A stretch of 36,494 bases of DNA from a virus. Its lineage: Duplodnaviria > Caudoviricetes. The stretch spans positions 1 through 36,494 of the IMG/VR virus record IMGVR_UViG_3300032300_000344; one strand, given 5' to 3'. Under the pieces are notes generated by a model. It did not search any database. It worked only from the letters and a program-made list of their open reading frames with translations, and had not been told where the DNA came from. Made by a program: the position numbers and the translations under genes. Shown one piece after another: positions 1 to 7,565 of this stretch; position 1 is the stretch's first letter; each line of letters opens with the position of its first letter.

Positions 1-357
1 GAACTGGCAAGTTGGCAAGAACGCAATACTTGGTTCGGCCCCAACAAAAAGTTAACAGCGTACGCGCTGGGGGTTCATGATGATTTGATTGCTGATGGAA
101 TTCCAGCAGGAAGCAAAGAATACTACCGACGTATTGATGCGGAAATGCAGGAAAGATTTTCAGACGTATTTGGGTCTGAGAAAACGGGGGATGCGCAAAC
201 TTCCTCGTCCAGAAGGACAAATGTTGTCGCACCGGCAACACGTAGTACTGCTCCCCGAAAGGTCGTACTTACTAAAACGCAGGTCGAAATCGCCAAGCGG
301 TTAGGGGTTCCTTTGGAACTCTATGCTCGCAAGGTTGCGGAAGAAATGAGGAAATGA
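1..357 (+). CDS. Scaffold-like head protein, C-terminal part (5' truncated by window edge)
   Basis: Frame 1 is open from base 1 (ELASWQERNTWFG...) to the stop at 355-357, so the track start at 85 is not real. The C-terminus (VVLTKTQVEIAKRLGVPLELYA) and position upstream of the capsid genes fit a scaffolding protein; function is inferred. Confidence 0.6.
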   Translation, partial: ELASWQERNTWFGPNKKLTAYALGVHDDLIADGIPAGSKEYYRRIDAEMQERFSDVFGSEKTGDAQTSSSRRTNVVAPATRSTAPRKVVLTKTQVEIAKRLGVPLELYARKVAEEMRK

Positions 358-359
358 AA

Positions 360-812
360 ATGGCTGAACAAATTCGTGATAAACGTGAACTGACTACCCG
401 TGAATCAACCACTCGTCCAACGAAGTGGTTGCCACCCCAACTTCTGCCCGATCCAAATCCGGAGCCGGGTTATGCGTTCCATTGGGTCCGTATCAGCACG
501 CTAAACAAAGAGGATGCCACGAACATTTCGTCAAAACTCCGTGAAGGTTGGGAACCCGTCAAGGCTTCTGATCACCCTGAGATTCGAGTTTTTGGTACCG
601 ACGACAAGCGGTTCCCTGACTCGGTTCAAATTGGTGGACTGTTGCTTTGCAAAACACCTGTGGAGTTTGTTGACCAGCGGAACGCGTATTACAGCAACCA
701 AGCTGAATCGCAGATGCAGTCAGTGGACAACACGTACATGCGCGAAAATGACCCACGGATGCCTATGTTCAAAGAACGCAGCACCAAAGTCACTTTCGGT
801 AAAGGTATTTAA
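360..812 (+). CDS. Conserved phage head-region protein, function unknown
   Basis: GAGGA at 348-352 is spaced 7 nt from ATG 360 (alternative start 354). Lies between the scaffold-like and capsid genes; contains REGWEPV and GGLLLCK motifs. Confidence 0.75.
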   Translation: MAEQIRDKRELTTRESTTRPTKWLPPQLLPDPNPEPGYAFHWVRISTLNKEDATNISSKLREGWEPVKASDHPEIRVFGTDDKRFPDSVQIGGLLLCKTPVEFVDQRNAYYSNQAESQMQSVDNTYMRENDPRMPMFKERSTKVTFGKGI

Positions 813-831
813 ACTTTTTGAGGAGTCCTAA

Positions 832-1674
832 ATGGCTTACCCCGTAATCTCGGCCCCTTATGGCCTTAAGCCGATCAATTTGATCGGTGGGCAAGTTTTC
901 GCGGGTTCTACTCGCAGCTTGCCAATTCAGTACGGCTATGCCACGAACATCTTCTATGGTGATTTCGTGGTGTTGTCGCGTGGTTCCATTACCCGCGCAG
1001 CCGTTTCGACTGGTACTGGTGTAAACCAAGTGACCGGTATCTTCTTGGGCGTGAGTTTCACCAACCCAGTAACCAAGCAAAAGCAATTCCAGCAATTCTG
1101 GCCCGCAGGCACGCTTGCTGGCGATGCTGAAGCTATTGTGTGTGACGATCCTGACACCGTCTTCAAAGCCGTGGTGTGCTCCGCTACCACTGCTGTGGCT
1201 TCTGGTGGCTTGGCAATGATTGGTACCAACCTTTCGATGATTGACAACACTGGCAACATCAACACTGGTAACTCCGCAAACGCTGTGTTGGCTCCGTCCG
1301 ACACTCCTGTTTCCACGATCTTGCCGGTTCGTTGCGTCGGTGTTGTGCCCGATACTTCTTATAGCTTCTCGGCTACAGGCAGTTCGTCTGGCGCGACCAT
1401 CACCTTGACTGGTGCTGGTTCACCTCAAGCCATTCCCGTGGGCGCAAGCGTTGGTTATTTGGCCGCTAACGGCCAACTGATTAACACTGGTTCGTTTGTT
1501 GATACTGCTGCAAGCGCTGGCGCTACCAGCGTCGTGATGAACGCAGCAATCGCAGTCCCCGGCTCAGTGACCGCCATCCCAGCTTCTTCAACTGTTGTCT
1601 TTACAGTTTACCCAGAAATTCTGGTGAAGGTGAACCTGCTTGTGCATGGCTACTACAGCTCTGCCACAGCTTAA
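832..1674 (+). CDS. Putative capsid decoration/cement protein
   Basis: GAGGAG RBS at 820-825; 280 aa rich in Ala/Gly/Thr/Val with beta-strand character; immediately upstream of the major capsid gene. Confidence 0.6.
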   Translation: MAYPVISAPYGLKPINLIGGQVFAGSTRSLPIQYGYATNIFYGDFVVLSRGSITRAAVSTGTGVNQVTGIFLGVSFTNPVTKQKQFQQFWPAGTLAGDAEAIVCDDPDTVFKAVVCSATTAVASGGLAMIGTNLSMIDNTGNINTGNSANAVLAPSDTPVSTILPVRCVGVVPDTSYSFSATGSSSGATITLTGAGSPQAIPVGASVGYLAANGQLINTGSFVDTAASAGATSVVMNAAIAVPGSVTAIPASSTVVFTVYPEILVKVNLLVHGYYSSATA

Positions 1675-1687
1675 TAAGGAGTAAATC

Positions 1688-2596
1688 ATGGCTATTTCAC
1701 GCGCACAACTGCTCAAAGAATTGCTTCCCGGCCTGAACGCTTTGTTCGGTCTGGAGTATGCACGCTACGGCGAAGAGCACAAAGAAATCTACGAAACCGA
1801 GTCATCGGAGCGTAGCTTTGAAGAAGAAACCAAGCTGTCGGGCTTCTCCGCTGCTCCCGTCAAGGCCGAAGGCTCCGCCATCGCTTATGACAACGCACAA
1901 GAAGCATGGACCGCTCGGTACAACCACGAAACCATCGCAATGGGCTTCTCCATCACGGAAGAGGCAGTGGAAGACAACTTGTATGACTCGTTGTCCAGCC
2001 GCTACACCAAAGCTTTGGCCCGTGGCATGGCTTACACCAAACAGGTGAAGGCCGCTGCGATCCTCAACAACGGCTTTAGCACTGCTGTCACCTACGGTGA
2101 CGGTCAATCGTTGTTCTCTACTGCGCACCCCTTGGTGAACGGTGAGACAAACAGCAACCGTCCAGCCACTGCGGCCGACTTGAACGAAACATCGTTGGAA
2201 AACGCTGTTATTCAGATTGCTGCTTGGACAGACGAGCGCGGTTTGCTGATCGCTGCGAAGCCAAAGAAGTTGATCATCCCACCAGCACTGATGTTCGTTG
2301 CTACCCGTTTGTTGGAAACCAGCTTGCGTGTTGGCACAACCGACAACGATATCAACGCAATCAAGAATAACGGCTCCATCCCTGATGGCTACACCGTTAA
2401 CCACTTCTTGACTGACAACAACGCTTGGTTCTTGACCACTGACGTGCCTAACGGTCTGAAGCACTTCGTTCGTACACCGCTGCAAAACAGCATGGACGGC
2501 GACTTCGACACCGGTAACGTGCGTTACAAGGCCCGCGAGCGTTATTCGTTCGGCGTGTCTGACCCGCTGGGTATCTACGGTTCACCCGGCGCTTAA
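1688..2596 (+). CDS. Major capsid protein (Mu gpT-like family, HK97 fold)
   Basis: TAAGGAG RBS; 302 aa; N-terminus MAISRAQLLKELLPGLNALFGLEY and C-terminal DFDTGNVRYKARERYSFG are typical of this capsid family; followed by a strong terminator. Confidence 0.9.
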   Translation: MAISRAQLLKELLPGLNALFGLEYARYGEEHKEIYETESSERSFEEETKLSGFSAAPVKAEGSAIAYDNAQEAWTARYNHETIAMGFSITEEAVEDNLYDSLSSRYTKALARGMAYTKQVKAAAILNNGFSTAVTYGDGQSLFSTAHPLVNGETNSNRPATAADLNETSLENAVIQIAAWTDERGLLIAAKPKKLIIPPALMFVATRLLETSLRVGTTDNDINAIKNNGSIPDGYTVNHFLTDNNAWFLTTDVPNGLKHFVRTPLQNSMDGDFDTGNVRYKARERYSFGVSDPLGIYGSPGA

Positions 2597-2609
2597 TTGC
2601 CGGTCCCGC

Positions 2610-2637
2610 AAAAAAACCACCTTCGGGTGGTTTTTTT
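2610..2637 (+). terminator. Rho-independent terminator after the capsid gene (potentially bidirectional)
   Basis: A7-CCACC-TTCG-GGTGG-T7: 5-bp GC stem, cUUCGg tetraloop, U-tract on both strands. Confidence 0.9.
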
Positions 2638-2638
2638 A

Positions 2639-2667
2639 TTGCACAAGTTTAAACGTGATGTTATATT
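2639..2667 (+). promoter_or_regulatory. Sigma70-type promoter
   Basis: -35 TTGCAC (2639-2644), 17-nt spacer, -10 TATATT (2662-2667) with an extended -10 TG at 2659-2660; predicted start near 2674. Confidence 0.75.
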
Positions 2668-2673
2668 GCACAC

Positions 2674-2750
2674 ATCCGGGTTTTCCGGTGTATCAAACTG
2701 TCCCGGCAGACGTCATGCAAGATTGATACACCTTTTACTGCATGAAGGAA
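2674..2750 (+). ncRNA. Structured pseudoknotted RNA, likely the Mu-gpT-DE (Mu-like gpT downstream element) motif
   Basis: Perfect 10-bp helix GGTGTATCAA (2687-2696)/TTGATACACC (2723-2732), crossed by CCGGG (2676-2680)/CCCGG (2702-2706) and TCATGCA (2713-2719)/TGCATGA (2739-2745). Location just downstream of a gpT-like gene matches the described context of Mu-gpT-DE; family identity rests on context, not a covariance search. Confidence 0.6.
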
Positions 2751-2755
2751 AAATC

Positions 2756-3247
2756 ATGGGATTCGCTACTCACCTCGGCCCTTGGCTGCTCGGCACTGTC
2801 AAAAACACAACCGGCACCACTGTTGGTCAGATTCGCAACATGGGCGCAACTGTTGTTACACAGACTGGCGTAACCACTGTTAACGACACCACTGCCACTA
2901 CAGAATTTGTCTTGCCTGCTGGCGCACAAATTTTGGAATTTATTGTTGACATTACCACCGCTTACGCTGGTACGACTGGCAACACCATCACCATTCAAAC
3001 TGCTGCTGGCAACTCTTTGGCTACCGTTGGTGGCGCTACAACCACACCTCTGGCCGTGGGCCGTGCAACTGTAACTGTTACAGGCGCACAGATCGGCACA
3101 TATCTGAATGTTGGCTCAACTGATTTGGTCATTCAAGCGGTCTACGCTTGCGCTGGTACGGCCAGCGGCGGCGCTGCTACGATCACATGCGTGTACGTCG
3201 TCAGAGATTCCAGTGGCGCGGCTAACCCCAGCGCACAGCAACAGTAA
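2756..3247 (+). CDS. Putative virion structural protein (Thr/Gly/Ala-rich, 163 aa)
   Basis: AAGGA RBS at 2745-2749 before ATG 2756 (MGFATHLGPW). The longer track ORF from 2597 would run through the terminator and promoter. Confidence 0.75.
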   Translation: MGFATHLGPWLLGTVKNTTGTTVGQIRNMGATVVTQTGVTTVNDTTATTEFVLPAGAQILEFIVDITTAYAGTTGNTITIQTAAGNSLATVGGATTTPLAVGRATVTVTGAQIGTYLNVGSTDLVIQAVYACAGTASGGAATITCVYVVRDSSGAANPSAQQQ

Positions 3248-3256
3248 TTAATCTCA

Positions 3257-3275
3257 GGGGCTTAGGCCCCCGTTT
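3257..3275 (+). terminator. Intergenic hairpin (weak terminator or mRNA-stabilising stem)
   Basis: GGGGC-TTAG-GCCCC at 3257-3270 followed by CGTTT; U-tract is short. Confidence 0.4.
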
Positions 3276-3290
3276 AACAGGAGATTGATT

Positions 3291-3572
3291 ATGTCGATGC
3301 AAACAGACGTCCGGTCAGTACACACCGAAGCCACAGGCACTGCGGTCAATTTTCGCACTCGCGTTAAGGCGTACCATTGCCTTTCTGGCGGCACTGCCGG
3401 AGATGTTATTTTTCGCGATGGCGGATCGGGCGGCACCCTTTTGTTGCAGTTCAACATTAGCACCGGCACGCAGCCAATCAACATGCTGATTCCCGGCGAA
3501 GGCATCTTGTTTAGGACTGACGTTCATGTAACGCTCCCTGCAGGCGCAAAACTCACGGTGTTCTATGGCTAA
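3291..3572 (+). CDS. Small beta-rich virion-region protein (93 aa)
   Basis: AGGAG RBS at 3279-3283, ATG 3291; contains IPGEGILF; overlaps the next start. Confidence 0.75.
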   Translation: MSMQTDVRSVHTEATGTAVNFRTRVKAYHCLSGGTAGDVIFRDGGSGGTLLLQFNISTGTQPINMLIPGEGILFRTDVHVTLPAGAKLTVFYG

Positions 3573-3819
3573 GAAGACCCCATCCCTCGCTGTCGGTCGT
3601 GGCGAAAAGCTGCCCGCCTCCAAGGGGGCTGGCCTGACGGCCAAGGGCCGCGCCAAGTACAACGCTGCGACAGGCAGTAACCTTAAAGCCCCACAGCCGC
3701 AAGGCGGCAAGCGCAAGGACTCGTTCTGCGCCCGCATGAGCGGTATGCCGGGTCCAATGAAAGACGAGAAGGGCAAACCCACTCGTAAAGCCGCGTCACT
3801 GGCGCGATGGAAGTGCTGA
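3565..3819 (+). CDS. Small basic protein with RKDSFCARM motif (DUF6321-like)
   Basis: 84 aa, Lys/Arg-rich; the GLTAKGR...SFCARM...SLARWKC pattern resembles DUF6321 as I recall it. Confidence 0.6.
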   Translation: MAKKTPSLAVGRGEKLPASKGAGLTAKGRAKYNAATGSNLKAPQPQGGKRKDSFCARMSGMPGPMKDEKGKPTRKAASLARWKC

Positions 3820-3820
3820 T

Positions 3821-4066
3821 ATGGAAATGATGCTTTGGAACGCAGCCCTGAGCGCAATCGTTGCGGTCATGGGTTTTTTGCTTAAAGGCAAGTTTGACGA
3901 GCTGGATCGTCTCAGCATCTTGCTGAACAAGACCCGCGAAGAAGTTGCTCGTGACCACATTACTCGCACCGAGTTCCGTGCGGACATGCAGCAGTTACTT
4001 GACAGGTTTGACCGTCTTGAGCGCAAGATTGACAACTTGAAAGGTCATCATGCCCAGCACGAGTAA
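3821..4066 (+). CDS. Small membrane-anchored coiled-coil protein
   Basis: Hydrophobic N-terminus (LWNAALSAIVAVMGFLL) then heptads (LLDRFDRLERKIDNL); tightly coupled to neighbours. Confidence 0.7.
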   Translation: MEMMLWNAALSAIVAVMGFLLKGKFDELDRLSILLNKTREEVARDHITRTEFRADMQQLLDRFDRLERKIDNLKGHHAQHE

Positions 4067-4502
4067 AAAGCAACACAACTTCATGGAAGCGATTGCACAT
4101 TCGCCATCGTTTGCCAAGAAAGCAGGCGTCCCACAGTCCGTGGGGAAAGAGTTCTCCAACGCGGACAAGGGCCGCAAATTTTCAAAAGGTGGCGATATGA
4201 AAAAGATGAATATGGGCGGCAGCTACGCAGATGGCGGCATGACTATGGTCAACAAAGGCGGCAAGATGGTTCCTGACTTTGCTGCTGACGGTAAAGGCAA
4301 AATGGCCAAAGGCGGCAAGGTTCACAAAGACGTAAAGATGGACAAAGCCATGATGCAAAAGGCCGTGAACAAACACGAAGGCCGCTTGCACAAAGGTCAA
4401 CCCATGACCAAGCTGGCCAAGGGCGGTGCTGTTGACGGTTGTGCCACCAAAGGCAAAACCAAAGGCACCATGATCAAAATGAAAAACGGCGGCATGTGCT
4501 GA
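4050..4502 (+). CDS. Lys/Met/Gly-rich putative internal head protein with repeated xxGG motifs
   Basis: 150 aa; seven GG motifs (FSKGG, MNMGG, YADGG, VNKGG, MAKGG, LAKGG, MKNGG). Confidence 0.75.
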   Translation: MPSTSKKQHNFMEAIAHSPSFAKKAGVPQSVGKEFSNADKGRKFSKGGDMKKMNMGGSYADGGMTMVNKGGKMVPDFAADGKGKMAKGGKVHKDVKMDKAMMQKAVNKHEGRLHKGQPMTKLAKGGAVDGCATKGKTKGTMIKMKNGGMC

Positions 4503-4512
4503 GGAGAAAATC

Positions 4513-5775
4513 ATGAGTCCAGCAGAGAAACAAGCCCGCGAAGAGCAGGCCGACCGCAAGTCCGGCGAAGCCGCAGGCAAGCGTTATAACGCATTGTCCA
4601 GCGTAGCGCCATCTAAAGACTCGCGTGATGACGTGCGTGGTCAAAAGGGCTACAAAAAAGGCGGCATGGTTAAAAAAAGCCGTTATGAGGGCGGCGGTGA
4701 AATTGAAGACAAAGAAACAGGCTTGAAAGCGTCTAAGGGTGAGGACGTTGGGTTTTTTGAACGCCTGCGCATGGGCAATATTGACGAAGAAGGCTCTGAG
4801 GCTTACAACCGATTTGGTGCTGGTCGAGGCAAAGCCGAGCGGGCCAAAAATGTGCCCGTTGAAGATCGCGTGGCAACACCGGTAAACCGGGAAAAGCTCA
4901 AGGCAGAAGCCGCTCCAATGGACGAGTTGGAAGAAGCCAACATGCGCGAGCCAATTGCAGTCACTTCCGGCAAAAAAGCTGAACCTGATTCTTCCACAAA
5001 ACTGACAACAAACCCTCCGGAATTGCCTAAGCCATCGGTAAAAATTAAGCCGATGAATTTGTCCAAGACGGACAAAAGCAACTACTCGAATGAGGGGCGC
5101 AGCAGCCCCACAACTAAGACAGGCACGAGCAACTACTCCAACGAGGGCCGTGGCCGGGAAATGAACAAAAGGCAGCAGGCCGACTACCAATTTGATTCTG
5201 TGCGGCCTACAAAAGAGCAAACGCAACAAGGTCTCGAGACCGCGTCCTCAATGATGGGTGGCGCAGGTCTAAAGGCTCTTCAGGGCTTGGCCAAAAAAGC
5301 CGCCGGGTCCACAGCGCCAAAAGCCGCCAACAGCCGCGAGCTGTCAACCGCAGTTGATGATGGCGTAACGTTTTTGGGCAAATCTGGTCGTCGTCAAGTC
5401 GGCGGTTTTCCAGAAGTCGGTGGCTCTACCGCACGTCAGTTGGCCAACAACCCAACGCGGCAGTTGCCAGCACCGCCCAAGCAAATCAGCGGCCCATCCA
5501 AGAGCGAGTTGGTTGCTAAAAACCGAGCCGCCCGCAAGACGGCCCGCAAAGAGTCCATGGACGAAGAAAACGCAGCGCGTCACGGACTTGACCGCAAAGA
5601 CCCCGACTTTGACGAAAAAGCCAAAAAAGTGCGCGAGAACATCGGCGGCGATGAATTCACTTTGGGCATGAAGCGCTGCGGCAAAGTTAAATCCATGTCG
5701 AGCGGTGGAGCATCAAAGCCAGAAGTCAAAGGCTGGGGCATGGCGCGGGGCGCACGACCTGCGAAAATGAGATGA
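4513..5775 (+). CDS. Hydrophilic low-complexity protein (420 aa) with xxGG motifs and SNYSNEGR doublet
   Basis: GAGGAG RBS at 4501-4506; composition suggests disorder; stop overlaps the next start (ATGA). Confidence 0.75.
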   Translation: MSPAEKQAREEQADRKSGEAAGKRYNALSSVAPSKDSRDDVRGQKGYKKGGMVKKSRYEGGGEIEDKETGLKASKGEDVGFFERLRMGNIDEEGSEAYNRFGAGRGKAERAKNVPVEDRVATPVNREKLKAEAAPMDELEEANMREPIAVTSGKKAEPDSSTKLTTNPPELPKPSVKIKPMNLSKTDKSNYSNEGRSSPTTKTGTSNYSNEGRGREMNKRQQADYQFDSVRPTKEQTQQGLETASSMMGGAGLKALQGLAKKAAGSTAPKAANSRELSTAVDDGVTFLGKSGRRQVGGFPEVGGSTARQLANNPTRQLPAPPKQISGPSKSELVAKNRAARKTARKESMDEENAARHGLDRKDPDFDEKAKKVRENIGGDEFTLGMKRCGKVKSMSSGGASKPEVKGWGMARGARPAKMR

Positions 5776-6020
5776 GAGCCAGTCGCGGCATGGGGGCCAT
5801 CTCCCCCTCCAAAATGCCCAAAGGCAAGCGTAAAGCTCGCCGGGACAACACCGACTTCACGCAATATGCGGAAGGTGGCCCTGTTGGCTTGTATGCCAAC
5901 ATCAATGCAAAGAAAAAACGGATTGCCGCCGGTTCTGGTGAGAAAATGCGCAAGGTTGGAAGCAAGGGCGCTCCCACTGCGGACGCATTTATACAGTCGG
6001 CTAAAACTGCAAAGAAGTAA
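5772..6020 (+). CDS. Small basic protein (82 aa)
   Basis: ATGA overlap; MRASRGMGAI N-terminus, YAEGG, then a GLYANINAKKKRI module. Confidence 0.7.
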   Translation: MRASRGMGAISPSKMPKGKRKARRDNTDFTQYAEGGPVGLYANINAKKKRIAAGSGEKMRKVGSKGAPTADAFIQSAKTAKK

Positions 6021-6023
6021 ATT

Positions 6024-6728
6024 ATGGCAACCTCCGGCACCACCTCTTTCAACATGGACCTCACCGAGTTGGTAGAGGAGGCGTTTGAGCGCTGTGGTGC
6101 TGAGTTGCGTACGGGTTACGACCTCCGCACGGCGCGGCGTTCACTGAACCTGCTGTTTGCTGACTGGGCCAATCGCGGCATCAACATGTGGACGTTTGAG
6201 CAGGGCACTATCCCGCTTGTTGCAGGAACTGCCACGTACGATCTTCCGGCCAATACCGTGGACTTGATGGAGCACGTTATTCGCACGGGTGCGGGATCGG
6301 CCTCAACTCAGGCCGACTTGACCATCACGCGCATCAGCGTTTCCACCTACGCCACCATCCCCAACAAACTGCAGCAAGCCCGCCCCATTCAGGTTTGGAT
6401 TGAGCGTTTGCAGCCAAACCCACGAATTACTGTCTGGCCTGTGCCGGACAACACAACGCCCTACACGTTTGTGTACTGGAGACTTGTGCGAATTGATGAC
6501 GCTGGCAACGGTGTAAACACCATGGATGTGCCGTTCCGGTTTTTGAATTGCATGGTGGCGGGGCTGGCTTACTATCTGGCGTTGAAGATTCCAAATGGCA
6601 CACAGCGACTTGAAGTGCTTAAAGCTCAATACGACGAGGCATGGGACTTAGCCAGCTCCGAAGACCGCGAGAAAGCTGCGGTTCGATTTGTTCCGCGCCA
6701 TATGTACATCGGTGGTGGGGGCACATAA
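6024..6728 (+). CDS. Head-tail adaptor / tail tubular protein A-like (P22 gp4 / T7 gp11 class)
   Basis: 234 aa; helical N-terminus (ELVEEAFERCG...ARRSLNLLFADWANRG), beta middle (VWPVPD), helical end (GLAYYLA). Assignment from architecture and position. Confidence 0.65.
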   Translation: MATSGTTSFNMDLTELVEEAFERCGAELRTGYDLRTARRSLNLLFADWANRGINMWTFEQGTIPLVAGTATYDLPANTVDLMEHVIRTGAGSASTQADLTITRISVSTYATIPNKLQQARPIQVWIERLQPNPRITVWPVPDNTTPYTFVYWRLVRIDDAGNGVNTMDVPFRFLNCMVAGLAYYLALKIPNGTQRLEVLKAQYDEAWDLASSEDREKAAVRFVPRHMYIGGGGT

Positions 6729-7111
6729 TGTCCAACCGATTTGCGTCAGGCCCAAAGGCCATTGCCATGTGCGATATTTGTGGGTTCCAATTCAAACTCA
6801 AGGAACTCAAGACGCAGATCGTCAAGACCAAGCCCGTGAACGACCGCGTGTGCAAAGAGTGCTGGTCGCCCGACCATCCGCAGTTGCAGCTTGGCATGTA
6901 TCCTGTGGATGACCCGCAGGCGCTGCGTAACCCACGCCGGGACACAACGTACGTGACCGCAGGTACAAACGCAAATGGCAACCTCACCGGCGGCTCCCGC
7001 GATATCCAGTGGGGATGGGCCCCGGTAGGTGGGGCCAGTAGTTTTGACGCATTGTTGACGCCGAATTATTTGTCGGCAACGACATTTGTTGGTACAGTAA
7101 CAACTTCTTGA
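6728..7111 (+). CDS. Zinc-ribbon protein (CxxC...CxxC), 127 aa
   Basis: TAATG stop/start coupling at 6726-6730; CDIC and CKEC pairs; DPQALRNPR motif. Confidence 0.75.
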   Translation: MSNRFASGPKAIAMCDICGFQFKLKELKTQIVKTKPVNDRVCKECWSPDHPQLQLGMYPVDDPQALRNPRRDTTYVTAGTNANGNLTGGSRDIQWGWAPVGGASSFDALLTPNYLSATTFVGTVTTS

Positions 7112-7122
7112 AGGAGCTCATT

Positions 7123-7308
7123 ATGGCATTCACAAAATCCGCAGACGGCGTCGCCAAAAAAGGCAAAACAGACGCCAAAGTCATGGCCAATGATGGCCCT
7201 AAAGTTGCACCTAAAACCATGGGCAAGAAAAGCGCTGGCGTGACCAGCGAGGCCATGATGAAGGTTGGCCGCAATATGGCCCGTGTAAACAATCAGAAGG
7301 GTGGCTAA
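7123..7308 (+). CDS. Small basic protein (61 aa)
   Basis: AAGGAG RBS at 7111-7116; contains DGVAKKGKT; ends in QKGG. Confidence 0.7.
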   Translation: MAFTKSADGVAKKGKTDAKVMANDGPKVAPKTMGKKSAGVTSEAMMKVGRNMARVNNQKGG

Positions 7309-7310
7309 TC

Positions 7311-7562
7311 ATGGCCAAATTCAGTCAAAAAATGATGGGCAAAGAAGTCGGCCCTGCCAGCGTTTACGCCGAACCGCACACCATGAAGGGTAGTCCGGTT
7401 ACGGAGCAGCGTGCAAACCGCAGTGATGCCAAGACCGTCAACATGTCCGTCGGAAACATTAAAAAAGACCCAGAGGGCCAGCCTGTAAAAACCAGCGGCA
7501 TCAAAGTGCGCGGCACTGGCGCGGCCACCAAAGGCTTGATGGCCCGAGGCCCGATGGCTTAA
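7311..7562 (+). CDS. Small basic protein (83 aa)
   Basis: Starts 2 nt after the previous stop; C-terminal KVRGTGAATKG..ARGPMA motif. Confidence 0.7.
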   Translation: MAKFSQKMMGKEVGPASVYAEPHTMKGSPVTEQRANRSDAKTVNMSVGNIKKDPEGQPVKTSGIKVRGTGAATKGLMARGPMA

Positions 7563-7565
7563 ACC

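Noticed and set aside
2674-2750. HDV-like ribozyme or known riboswitch
   Set aside because: Only 5 nt separate the second helix 5' strand from the first helix 3' strand, too few for the HDV P3/L3, and I recognise no riboswitch consensus.
2597-2755. N-terminal extension of the post-capsid ORF, or capsid stop read-through
   Set aside because: The frame is open directly after the capsid TAA, but the segment contains a strong terminator, a promoter and an RNA structure, and the RBS supports ATG 2756. Low-level read-through cannot be excluded but has no support here.
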